Notes under the pieces: model-generated | What the model was told of the DNA's origin: nothing | The model's input: the letters and a program-made list of their open reading frames with translations, nothing else | Databases searched by the model: none | Program-made: the position numbers and the translations under genes | Source: a virus | Taxonomy: Duplodnaviria; Caudoviricetes | Length of the DNA stretch: 64,000 nucleotides | Strand: one strand, 5' to 3' | Virus record (IMG/VR): IMGVR_UViG_2061766007_000330 | Part shown: piece after piece, positions 30,147 to 40,000 of the stretch | Position numbering within the stretch: position 1 is the first letter of the stretch | How the letters are laid out: the number at the start of each line of letters is the position of its first letter

Positions 30147-31733
30147 TTAAACAAAGATTGAAATAGTCACGTCATCGTGTTTGACAACATGACCGGAAAT
30201 GGTCTTGTTTCCGAATTTCGCACAGAAGCGATTCACCTTGTTCAGTTTGTTCGCCAGTACTTTCAAGAACCACTCGATAGGTGTGTCGGCCTTATGACCT
30301 GTGGTGATGTTGTATACATGCCATCCTTTTGCAGATGTCAAGTCTTCCATCTGGAGTCCAAGAGCTTCTCCGTCCACATACAACATCTTTTCTTTCGAGA
30401 ACTTGATGACAGTTAAATCATTGTAGATTTTCTTCTTTTCCTCAGCGTCCTCAGGCTTTTTAGATTCAACGATGTCGTAATAATACGTCGTGTTGGATGC
30501 CTCGTGTTTGACCAGGGGTTCGATTTCGCGTTCCGATTTTTCAGGATCAAGAATCGTGAAGTCGATAGCACGATCAAGACACGCCCACCAATTCGCCATA
30601 TAGGACGGTTGTGAAATCAGAGGCTTTAGTGAATCGACGTGCTCTCCACCATACGGTGTTGCAGCTTGGACTTGCTCAAGCGTTGGGAACGGCAACGGCA
30701 TCGACCGATTCAACAATGCGGTTGTATACAACGCACGTTTGTCAAACCAATCTCTGACTCGTTCTGCAACGATATCTTTCCAGAGCACGACCGCATCAAA
30801 CGAACATACGCCAAACGACTCAAGAATATGCTTGATGAAGTCTGGATTCCTTGTCGAAATTTCAGTCTTCAATGGCTCAATACAATTCTGAATCGCCAAC
30901 ATAGATGCAGATGAAATCTTGTAAACACGGAACGGACAATATTCAACCAACGCCACGAAGTTCGTATCGCCAAGCATATCTTCAATGTTCGAGATAATTC
31001 TCGAATCATATTTCGGAAAACACTTGACTGCCGCTTCCATGACTTTGACTGGTGTCTTACCGATTAACCACCGTGACACCTGACCCTCTTTGAAATAGTC
31101 TGTCGGAACTTGTCTCGTCTGCCAATTCTCATCCTTGACGATCTCAGGACATATTTTCTGAACAGGAGTTTGTAATTCCACAGTTGATTCCGTTTTTGGA
31201 ATAGGTTTCTCCTTTGGCTGTTCGGGTTCTTTGATTTCCTGAGGCTTCGGTTGAGTCAGTGGCGCGGGATGCGAATACAGCGGCTGCTGTTGCTGAGGAG
31301 CGACTTGTTGTGTCATTCCTGTATTTGCATACGCTGTCATAGGTGCCGGTGGAGGCAACTGCTGTGGTACGGGCTGAGCATACATTGGTTGACCATACAT
31401 CGGCTGTCCATACACTGGCTGACCATACATTGGCTGGCCGTATGCCGGATATCCTTGTTGTGGTATTTGACCATTGCGCTGATAATAGAAATTGTTGTAC
31501 ATAGATAAGACCCTCTCTGAAACGATTTTGTCGATGTATTCTTTGTTCGGTTTGTTGTTGATGGAGTGTGTGATAGCGTCTGCAACAGTGTAGTCGCGAT
31601 GCCGACTTGCCCAAGAGTTAACCATCACACGATATGCTTCCCCGTATTCAGGCCCTCGATATGGTGCCATAAAACGGGAAAACGCTTCGTCAACAGCGTT
31701 GTTCACTTCGTTAGTTAAAGTGATTGACGGCAT
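30147..31733 (-). CDS. Hypothetical protein with Gln/Pro/Tyr low-complexity region (positional equivalent of phiKZ gp122)
   Basis: AAGGAG RBS; follows the nvRNAP beta-N gene; YGQPM repeats. Confidence 0.55.
   Translation of the reverse strand: MPSITLTNEVNNAVDEAFSRFMAPYRGPEYGEAYRVMVNSWASRHRDYTVADAITHSINNKPNKEYIDKIVSERVLSMYNNFYYQRNGQIPQQGYPAYGQPMYGQPVYGQPMYGQPMYAQPVPQQLPPPAPMTAYANTGMTQQVAPQQQQPLYSHPAPLTQPKPQEIKEPEQPKEKPIPKTESTVELQTPVQKICPEIVKDENWQTRQVPTDYFKEGQVSRWLIGKTPVKVMEAAVKCFPKYDSRIISNIEDMLGDTNFVALVEYCPFRVYKISSASMLAIQNCIEPLKTEISTRNPDFIKHILESFGVCSFDAVVLWKDIVAERVRDWFDKRALYTTALLNRSMPLPFPTLEQVQAATPYGGEHVDSLKPLISQPSYMANWWACLDRAIDFTILDPEKSEREIEPLVKHEASNTTYYYDIVESKKPEDAEEKKKIYNDLTVIKFSKEKMLYVDGEALGLQMEDLTSAKGWHVYNITTGHKADTPIEWFLKVLANKLNKVNRFCAKFGNKTISGHVVKHDDVTISIFV
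31368..31442 (-). repeat. 5 x 15-nt coding tandem repeat (Y[GA]QP[MV])
   Basis: YGQPMYGQPVYGQPMYGQPMYAQPV with synonymous divergence between units. Confidence 0.9.
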
Positions 31734-31761
31734 TGTGGGGATTCTCCTTTAACGGTGTGGC

Positions 31762-33333
31762 TTAATCAAAGACGTGAGCAATCTCTTCAAACCACGTTGG
31801 ACGAATGATGTTGCCATCCGAGTCAATCTCAAGATACGGGTTGATCTCACCACTGACAACCGGAGATGCCGACGGAACCGCATTAACGGATTCGACGACA
31901 AGCTGACTCGGATGAGCTTTGAGTTGGAATTTAGGTATTTTCTTCTTTGACGACTTCTTCTTGCCACCCTTGGACGATGAATCCAAATCGTCATACGATC
32001 TGAATCGTTTTCCAAGTACGGACAGGAACATGTTGTCATTGTAGACAGACGGGTTCACACGGAATATCCTAGTATTCTGGGACAACCAGTTCTTCCCTTG
32101 AGATGCTTTGGAGACAAAGTCTTTCATCTTGTTGTCATCAAGTTTCTCGGTTCTATTGTTCAATATACTGAACAGAATTCGATTCACTCGATTCACCAAA
32201 GGTGTCAACAAATGCTCCAACGACGCAATCTTCTTGTTGTACAGGTCGATCGGATCATACCCGACAACCCATTGATCAATGTTGAAGAACACGTCTTTGA
32301 CAAACTCGAAAATATCTGCAGACTTGATTCCGATGCTCCTCAGATGATGCTTCGTCTTAGGATCCAAAATCGTTATAGTTGTTTCCAAATGCTTTTTGGC
32401 ATTGTCATACAACAATTGTCCACGCGACATTTCCGTCTTTTCTGGGAAGATATACTTGCCCATGGTAATCTTGTAGAATGTATGATCTCCGTTGTCTAAC
32501 AAATCGTTTATTGATAATATGAAATCCTGGCATGCAGAACACAAGCGCAAATAGGACACCACGAATCTTCGAACAAAGATGTTCTCAAGTGATTTCTTAT
32601 TTACTCTTAAACATATCTGTCCTTTGATTGGGAAATACTCATAATCACTTGAATCGTTCTGATCAGACACCACGACTTGCATGACATCTGGACCAAAACC
32701 ATACAGCGATACAACTTGGTCAAATGAATACATGACCAAATCATACAAGATCACGGGCATGCGACCTAACTTACGGCCTGCTCGCGATTGTTTCTTCTGA
32801 TGAATATGAGCTGTCGGCACGACTTCCTTTAGTTCTTTTCCAGACTTTGCTGTAAACGTATACATTTCGTCTCGATAGAACGACAGGATGGCACGCATCA
32901 CTTTGAGCTTGATGCTATCCCTGCTACAGCACAATCCGCCACGTTCGACTTCAGGCAACAACAAATAATACTTGTTGCCGCTGTTCCAAATCATTTGGTT
33001 GCGCATATACGGGATGTAGACATATACAGGATACACTTTGTTGTTGAAATCGAAATTGAATTTCACGACCTCAAACGAGGACCGCTGGATTTCAATTGAA
33101 TTTTTTGCAATCTTTCTGTTCTTGATATACGCTACGTGTTCGATTGGACTTAACGATTCGTATCCGATATAACGAACAATTTGTCCATTCTCAAACAACA
33201 TTGGCATTTCACCAAAAACCGTGTTCAAATAGTCTTTGATTTCCTCAATCTTTTGTTTTCGGAAACCGATGAGTAGGTAATCATTGAAGGGCGGAAGTTC
33301 CGCCGAGGCGTTCTTTAATAATTTTCCCCACAT
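31762..33333 (-). CDS. rpoB: Non-virion RNA polymerase beta N-terminal subunit, phiKZ gp123-like
   Basis: LPPFN..L..GF N-terminus, Y.GY..LSP.E, YVYIPY, and C-terminal HPSQLVVES...SP..SG.INPY typical of gp123. Confidence 0.75.
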   Translation of the reverse strand: MWGKLLKNASAELPPFNDYLLIGFRKQKIEEIKDYLNTVFGEMPMLFENGQIVRYIGYESLSPIEHVAYIKNRKIAKNSIEIQRSSFEVVKFNFDFNNKVYPVYVYIPYMRNQMIWNSGNKYYLLLPEVERGGLCCSRDSIKLKVMRAILSFYRDEMYTFTAKSGKELKEVVPTAHIHQKKQSRAGRKLGRMPVILYDLVMYSFDQVVSLYGFGPDVMQVVVSDQNDSSDYEYFPIKGQICLRVNKKSLENIFVRRFVVSYLRLCSACQDFILSINDLLDNGDHTFYKITMGKYIFPEKTEMSRGQLLYDNAKKHLETTITILDPKTKHHLRSIGIKSADIFEFVKDVFFNIDQWVVGYDPIDLYNKKIASLEHLLTPLVNRVNRILFSILNNRTEKLDDNKMKDFVSKASQGKNWLSQNTRIFRVNPSVYNDNMFLSVLGKRFRSYDDLDSSSKGGKKKSSKKKIPKFQLKAHPSQLVVESVNAVPSASPVVSGEINPYLEIDSDGNIIRPTWFEEIAHVFD

Positions 33334-33336
33334 GTG

Positions 33337-34635
33337 TTAGTGCCCAAATAGATGAATTGGTGGAAGGTTAACCTCTAAACCGAGGACGGAATTTGAACAT
33401 CGAATCATACTATTCAGGTTGTTATTAATTTTTAATTTATCCTTTCCATAGATAGGATATTTCGGCTTATAATTCAGCTTCAGAGACGGGCTTCTGTTAT
33501 GCTTATAATACTCCAGAGCTATCAGAGCAGCAATCGGAACGGTTGCTCCTGCTACAAGCATTATCGTTTTAAATTTGCTGTCTGACGCTGCGGATGATTC
33601 CCGATATTGAGATGCTCTCCAATCGGATTCATCCTTCTTTTCTTTTAACGCCTGCGTGTACTGTTCTTGAGATGACTTCGCTGACGCATTTGCTTGATCA
33701 ATCGCACTCTTGGCAGTCGATATCTGCTCAGTCATGGTTGTGATTTTTGCAGTTGCTTCAGATAAATCATTTGTCAGTGATTGACACTTCAGATCAAGTT
33801 CTTTGATTTTGTTGTCCTTTTCACGCAACTCCTGTTGATGTGCTTCAGTAGATTCATTAAGATTCTTTTTCAGCATTTCATCAACTTCTGCCCATGTAAA
33901 CATCTCAGTTTTGTTCTTAATCTCCGATGCCTTTTTCTCAGTTTTCGATATAAACTGAATCGGGCAACCCGTCAACGAGACATCATCTGTCGCATCTTCA
34001 TATAGCGTACTGATGTCGATAGTCTTGATGACCGGACTGCTCGATGTGGCATCTCGAATAGTCAAACATAACGTAAGACGCTCGTTCGGATCTGGCTCGT
34101 GAATGACATCAACTTTCAGAATGTCTTCTCCGATGCTTGTGTATAAAGAATCGAAGACACCTTTCGGATCATTGACGACAATATACATGGCCATCCGCTG
34201 CATGGTATCACAAACTCGCTTAGATGCATCCAGGACGATATTCTGGATGTTCTTTAACGAAGCTGGATGTGTTGCTGTGTCTTTGAACTGATCGTTCGCA
34301 ATAATCAATCCGAGTTCTTTGATATAGACCGGACGACGATTGAGCGACGTTCCCTTGACAACATACTTTTCCGTTTTCATCGCATATTGTGCATTGTCTG
34401 GAGTAAGTGTTGCACCAACATGATGACTGATTTTGATAATTACAGCCTCAGGCAGTGAATTCACCATATCCAACGGACGACGCGGTGGAAGCAACGTTGT
34501 GTTTCCATTAGCGCCTATCACATACATCCTTGAAACGGAATCATTGAATATTGATATTTCGGTGTAATATTGATCGGAAACAGATTTAAGCGTGACGTTT
34601 TCCTCAGATGAAATCTCGTAATCAGTTGAAGACAT
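33337..34635 (-). CDS. Coiled-coil protein with C-terminal hydrophobic anchor
   Basis: Long heptad region then TIMLVAGATVPIAALIAL. Start uncertain: the TTG at 34704 lies almost on the promoter. Confidence 0.6.
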   Translation of the reverse strand: MSSTDYEISSEENVTLKSVSDQYYTEISIFNDSVSRMYVIGANGNTTLLPPRRPLDMVNSLPEAVIIKISHHVGATLTPDNAQYAMKTEKYVVKGTSLNRRPVYIKELGLIIANDQFKDTATHPASLKNIQNIVLDASKRVCDTMQRMAMYIVVNDPKGVFDSLYTSIGEDILKVDVIHEPDPNERLTLCLTIRDATSSSPVIKTIDISTLYEDATDDVSLTGCPIQFISKTEKKASEIKNKTEMFTWAEVDEMLKKNLNESTEAHQQELREKDNKIKELDLKCQSLTNDLSEATAKITTMTEQISTAKSAIDQANASAKSSQEQYTQALKEKKDESDWRASQYRESSAASDSKFKTIMLVAGATVPIAALIALEYYKHNRSPSLKLNYKPKYPIYGKDKLKINNNLNSMIRCSNSVLGLEVNLPPIHLFGH

Positions 34636-34707
34636 GATGACATAGTTCCCTCTTGGTTGCAGGTTAGAATCTAATAAGTACAAGCACGTATAATACGCGC
34701 TCAAAGT

Positions 34708-34715
34708 GTAATATA
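34708..34715 (-). promoter_or_regulatory. Early promoter TATATTAC
   Basis: Exact phiKZ early consensus heading the operon that contains nvRNAP beta-N. Confidence 0.75.
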
Positions 34716-34736
34716 TAAAGTAAAGACCGATGACTA

Positions 34737-34770
34737 TAGACGCTAGACGCGATTAAGCGCCTAGCGTCTG
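34737..34770. terminator. Intergenic hairpin
   Basis: TAGACGCTAGACGC-gattaa-GCGCCTAGCGTCTG. Confidence 0.7.
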
Positions 34771-34778
34771 TGTAGTAG

Positions 34779-37097
34779 TTAGATTTCCAGAGGTCCTAAT
34801 TCAGCATAGTCTCCGTCGTATACAGGAACAGTGACGTCGGCATTCGTGTATCCACGAGTAGCGTTTACCATAGCCTGTATGTATTTGGCAGAAGATTTGC
34901 CGTATTCTGCTTCTAGTATCTTAGAATTTGTAAACGGAACATTCTTATCTTTATGTATTTTTCTGAATTTTGCATTTGTCACACACGGCAAATTGTAAAC
35001 GGAAGCACGCATAACATCCAACGCCAAATCTTTGTAGTTGATATTGGAAAAATCAATCGTGCAAACACCGTTTTCATCAAGATACGATTCGATATTTTCC
35101 GCATCATAAATCGGACGGTCTGGTTCGACAACGTTTCCATAAATGTCCATGCCGATAACCTGACCAGTTGAAAATTCGTTTGGATCGACAGCGACAATCA
35201 ACGGACGGATATAACCAATAGTCCTAGCAAGAACAATAAGGTCAGTAACGTTGAACAATGTCTGTTCTGCATTGCATTCGAGCATTGGATAAAGTTCTCG
35301 TGCATATCCAAGATCGATACCAGGTTCTTTGCAGATTTCGTAGAACAACTGCACTTCACCACGTTCTGCCGCTTCACGCAATTTGTCCGTCTGACATGCA
35401 GTAACTAAAGCAGATGTATCTTTAAGATTTACTATCTGACCAGGACGGGTAATGTTGCTAGACGACTTCGGCAACTTTGATTTGTGAGATTCGATTTTGT
35501 CTTCTGAGAACGAAGAAAGAAAGTCAGTCCACTGACTGATACAATCCATTGCTTTGGATTGAAGCTTCTTTAATTTGTTCAACAGTTTGAGCAAATCGCC
35601 CATGCCAAAGTCGAACATTGTGGAATTCAAGGATGTGTCCCAATAAGCCTTTTGTGGACACGCCAAGTCGGTGATAGTGTCTGCTAATGTGGTTAAAGAA
35701 AATGCGGCTTCCATCACCGTGTCATAAACAGATTTATCCTCTTTCGCACTGGCATCTTCCGTTTTCTTTTTGGCATTACAGCCTGCACTTTTCTTTCCAC
35801 AACATGCCGCACGTTTCTTCTTGTTTGCATCGTCGGTATTCGAATCTTCCGGATTTGTAGCATCCGGATCTTTGGCTTCGTCCGTTTGCTTATCTTTTGG
35901 TTTATCCGGAGATTTCTTCTCATCTGGATTTTCAACAGATCCAGGTGTCAGTTTCTTCAAAGCGGATTTCAGTTCGTTCGGAACACAGGTGTCGTAGAAG
36001 TGTTGACTCTGTTTTGTCACAATCTCCATGAACAAACTCTGGTTCTTCTCATCGACTTCTTTCTTCGCTTTTTCTCGTTCGGTGTTTAATTTCTTGGCAG
36101 CGTCTTCTTTCTGGGCCTGTTCTTTCTTGACATTATCAGCGGCTTTTGCTGATGTTTTTTCAGGATCATAAGTGAAGATACCGGCAATGCAATCAACAAT
36201 ACTGTTTATTTTTTGTTTCGTCAATGCCATAATGTCCGCCGGAACCGTATCTGAACTTTCACTGGCGTCATGATCAACAACAGTCCATCCTTCAGGCATG
36301 AGGATCTCTGGCATTTCATCTTGATTCGACATGGCACCAATGACGGCCATTTCGAGAGCCATTTGTTCGAAACTTTCGTCTTCGTTCAGCGTTGGAATCC
36401 CATCGCCTTCCATATCGATACCTTCCATGGCGTCTTCCATCGCCGCCATCGCACCCAGCATGGCTTCTTGTTCCATTGCTTCCATGACGCCTGGCGGTAA
36501 TTCGTTTTCCATTTCGGAAGCGGTCTCCTCTAGAGCGTCTTCAAACTCCATCTGGTGTGGAGAAATGAATTCGTCTTCCATCGGAGACCGGTCTTCCAGC
36601 ATATCGGCATTTGCTTTATCAACAGCATTCGCTGCGGATGTATCGTTTCCTTTTGTCGCGTCTTTTGCAGCATCGCCACCGGCGGCTCCAGCATCCGCAG
36701 CATCTTTGTTTTGTCCTTTAAAGAATCCAGAAATGGCATCAACTGATTTTGCTGCCAGATTGCCTGTCTCTTTAAGTCCCGCAATCGCTGCATCTTGAAT
36801 GGCACCACCAGCGGCCATAAGCTTTGTGCCAGCGTCTTTTGCTTGAGCCATGGCAACACCACCACCAATGGCGAGTCCCGTAATAACATTCACAGGGCTC
36901 AGTTTACCATTGACTAGCTGTGCGGCGCCTTTGCTTCTGGATCTGTTATTACCGGATAACAATCGAGTAACAGCATTTCCTGCTTTGATGTTTGAACGAA
37001 GCATTGTTTTTCCTCCATGATCGGAGATGGTGTATGAATTTCCACCAAAACTGACTTTAGAGGATTTTTCCGACAGAGATTGAAATCCAAAATTCAT
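34779..37097 (-). CDS. Putative processed head/inner-body or scaffold-like protein
   Basis: Acidic Met/Glu region with many A-x-E/S-x-E sites (ALE, ASE, AME x3, SFE); ATGA overlap with the polyprotein gene. Confidence 0.45.
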   Translation of the reverse strand: MNFGFQSLSEKSSKVSFGGNSYTISDHGGKTMLRSNIKAGNAVTRLLSGNNRSRSKGAAQLVNGKLSPVNVITGLAIGGGVAMAQAKDAGTKLMAAGGAIQDAAIAGLKETGNLAAKSVDAISGFFKGQNKDAADAGAAGGDAAKDATKGNDTSAANAVDKANADMLEDRSPMEDEFISPHQMEFEDALEETASEMENELPPGVMEAMEQEAMLGAMAAMEDAMEGIDMEGDGIPTLNEDESFEQMALEMAVIGAMSNQDEMPEILMPEGWTVVDHDASESSDTVPADIMALTKQKINSIVDCIAGIFTYDPEKTSAKAADNVKKEQAQKEDAAKKLNTEREKAKKEVDEKNQSLFMEIVTKQSQHFYDTCVPNELKSALKKLTPGSVENPDEKKSPDKPKDKQTDEAKDPDATNPEDSNTDDANKKKRAACCGKKSAGCNAKKKTEDASAKEDKSVYDTVMEAAFSLTTLADTITDLACPQKAYWDTSLNSTMFDFGMGDLLKLLNKLKKLQSKAMDCISQWTDFLSSFSEDKIESHKSKLPKSSSNITRPGQIVNLKDTSALVTACQTDKLREAAERGEVQLFYEICKEPGIDLGYARELYPMLECNAEQTLFNVTDLIVLARTIGYIRPLIVAVDPNEFSTGQVIGMDIYGNVVEPDRPIYDAENIESYLDENGVCTIDFSNINYKDLALDVMRASVYNLPCVTNAKFRKIHKDKNVPFTNSKILEAEYGKSSAKYIQAMVNATRGYTNADVTVPVYDGDYAELGPLEI

Positions 37098-40000
37098 ATG
37101 TTGCTCCTTAAATGCATTCCACGGAGCAAGATACCTGCCGTGACCGTGGCACGTGGACGATTTGATGCGTCAAGTGTATTTAACGACGCAGATCCTGTTT
37201 CTTCAAGATTACGTTTAAATTCAGCATAATTGGCAATGCTACCACCACGAACACTGACAAACTCATGTAGTGTTGCCTCCAACCCACGGGCTGCCAGAAT
37301 CTGAATTTCGGGATTCGTGACACCACAAGACTTGGAATCTGCCGTTACCTGACCGGTCAGTCCATCGATGGATTTATCGTCATCCGGAACAGACATCTTC
37401 TCGTCGAGGAACTGCTGTTGGCGACGAATCGGTAATTGCACTACCATGTATTCATTATCGGAAAGATATTTCTTTCCAGTAACTTTATCATGGAACCAGA
37501 TTTTGTGGAACATCTTCAATCCAAGTTCATCTGCGGCTTTCAAAAGGTTAGTGTTTTGCAACGCCACCTTCATGTTGGGTGCCAACAAATGCATCTTGAA
37601 TTTTCCAGACTTTACATTGTTCATGAACTCTGCAAATTCCTTTTCATTCATCCCACCAATCAGCTCACGATAGTAATTGGAATTATAATGTGTCGGATCG
37701 GCGATGTCGCAAATCTTACAGATATATGCAAGAATATCTTTCTTCTTTCCTGCGACGGTTCCTTCCAACGATGGAACTGAATCAGGAACAACATACGTTA
37801 ATTCTTCTAATTCAGATTTCCAGTTGAATAACCGTGGAAGAAGATTTGAGACAACCATGTTAGTCGTAGACTTTTCATCAATTGGATCGTAATAGCAACC
37901 GATATAATCAAACGAAACAGTGTTTGCAATGAAGTCTCTTGGCAGTGAGAATGTCGCACTGGTTCCGTCCTTTAACAGAATCGGGCACTTCGCAAACTGA
38001 TAAGCCGCTGCCATAACAGACGTGCAATAATGTGTTGCTTTTCTCGATCGAGAGACTTTGCCCAAGACAAACGTCGGGTCTTGGTTAAACCATTTCCTAA
38101 ATAGTGTGTGAATCACACCATTGCGATTATACGAATTATCGTGTTTGTAAACGTATTCAATGAAGTCGATGACTTTACGAACGACTTCGGGAGTTCGTTT
38201 CTTGTGTCGCAGCAATACAGCACCGCCACAATGTTCGAGGTACTGGGTCAGTGGAACTTTCTCAAGATTTAATGTTTCACCGACACCATATCCGCAAACG
38301 ATTCCGTTGTGGAGAATGATCTTACACGACACAAACGAGCAACCTTCAGCCGCCATATTTGCAATATTGTTGACTTTGTCCATGCCTTGTAGCATGTCGT
38401 ATTTTAACCATGGGATAATCAAATCACCAGGTTCTGCAGACGCCAACAATTTGTTTAAATCGATTTTTGGAATCTTCTTCATTGTGTCGCTGACATCTTT
38501 TCTAACACTCCAGAATTTTTCTTCTGAAATCATGTCAACAGATTCAGGATCAATGCCCTCAAATCCCAGCAATTGCTTTAACTTGTTCATTGGATCATAA
38601 AGAACATCAGAAGGCATATGGAACGCCGCTGCGATTGCATCGTCCGATGTCGGATCCTTAGACACATCACGTCCGTCGACAATAGCGCCAAATTGTTCAT
38701 CACTCCACTTCATAATGTCTTCCATTCGAGTAGAGAGATTGCCTTCTTTGCCAGTATCCAGAAGCATCGTGTAAATATACACTTCTGTGTCTTGTCCAAT
38801 GCGGTGAACACGGTCAGACGCTTGTTGATATTCAATGGAACGCCACGGTTTGTTTACAAACACGACTGTATTTGCAACAGTCAATGTTGCACCAGTTGAC
38901 AGTGTCTTAAGTGAAGCAATCAGAGGATTAAACTTCGGGTCTGTCTTAAAGGCGTCCAGAGTCTGTGGCAACATGTCAATGTTCTTACCATAGACCATCA
39001 ACGGCTTCATTCCTTTCTGTCGTAAATAGGTGTCGCATAATTCAATCGTCTCAACAAAGCTGGTGAATACAACCGTTTTCTTTTTCGCGAATTGAATGAT
39101 TTTCACAAGATCAGAGGCTGGCAGCATTTCACAGGTCATCTGCATACGCAGCCGTGTAAGCAAGTCACCCAGTACTTCGCCTTTGATTTTCAGCGATAGA
39201 TATTTGTAAGCAGTTTTGCCGTGTTGGAACTTCTTCTTGAGTTCTGTCGGTAACAGAGGTTCAAAAACTTCACGTTCGTATTTGTTAGCTTCTTGAATCT
39301 TTTCGCCTACTTCTCTGATTTTGTCTTGGTTGTCATGCAACCAAATAATAAACGAACAATACGATTCAAACTCGGATGTCTTGCCTTCTGCGGTTTTTTC
39401 AACATAGTCAAGAGCTTCCATGACTTCTTTCTCGTAAATAGGCATCATTTTTGTATGATACGCATACCGTTCTTTCGTGTACTTTTCTATTTCGAGTTTA
39501 ACAGAAGACAACGTGTAGTTACGTCCAGTTGGCATTTTAACCATGTTGTATAATTCGTGTTTGTCTGGCAATGAATCGCCAAGCGTGTCACGAAGAACAC
39601 GATACATGACACGGTTAATTCTGGCGTTCAAAACATCCTGAGCAGCAGAGACTGTATACCCAAAGATGTCTTTGAACATGTCTTTGGCTTCTTGGTCGAA
39701 TAGCGGATCAAGCATTTGAAGCATGGGAATCATCTCAGCTCCATAGCACTTTAGCGGTGTACCAGACATTAGAAGAATGTCTGTTGTTGGAACACTGCGA
39801 AGTCCGTTTGTGAGTTCAACCATCAACTGGACACGCTTAGCAGCTTCTCTCAGGAAGTTGTGAGATTCATCAAGAATGACACCTACCGTTTTATTCGCAT
39901 AATGTCCATCCTTGAGATGTTGCAGAACGTATGGAAGTGCGTCGTAATTGTAGATTTCATAACGGCACTTTACTGCGTTGTTGTATGCTGTCTTTGAACA

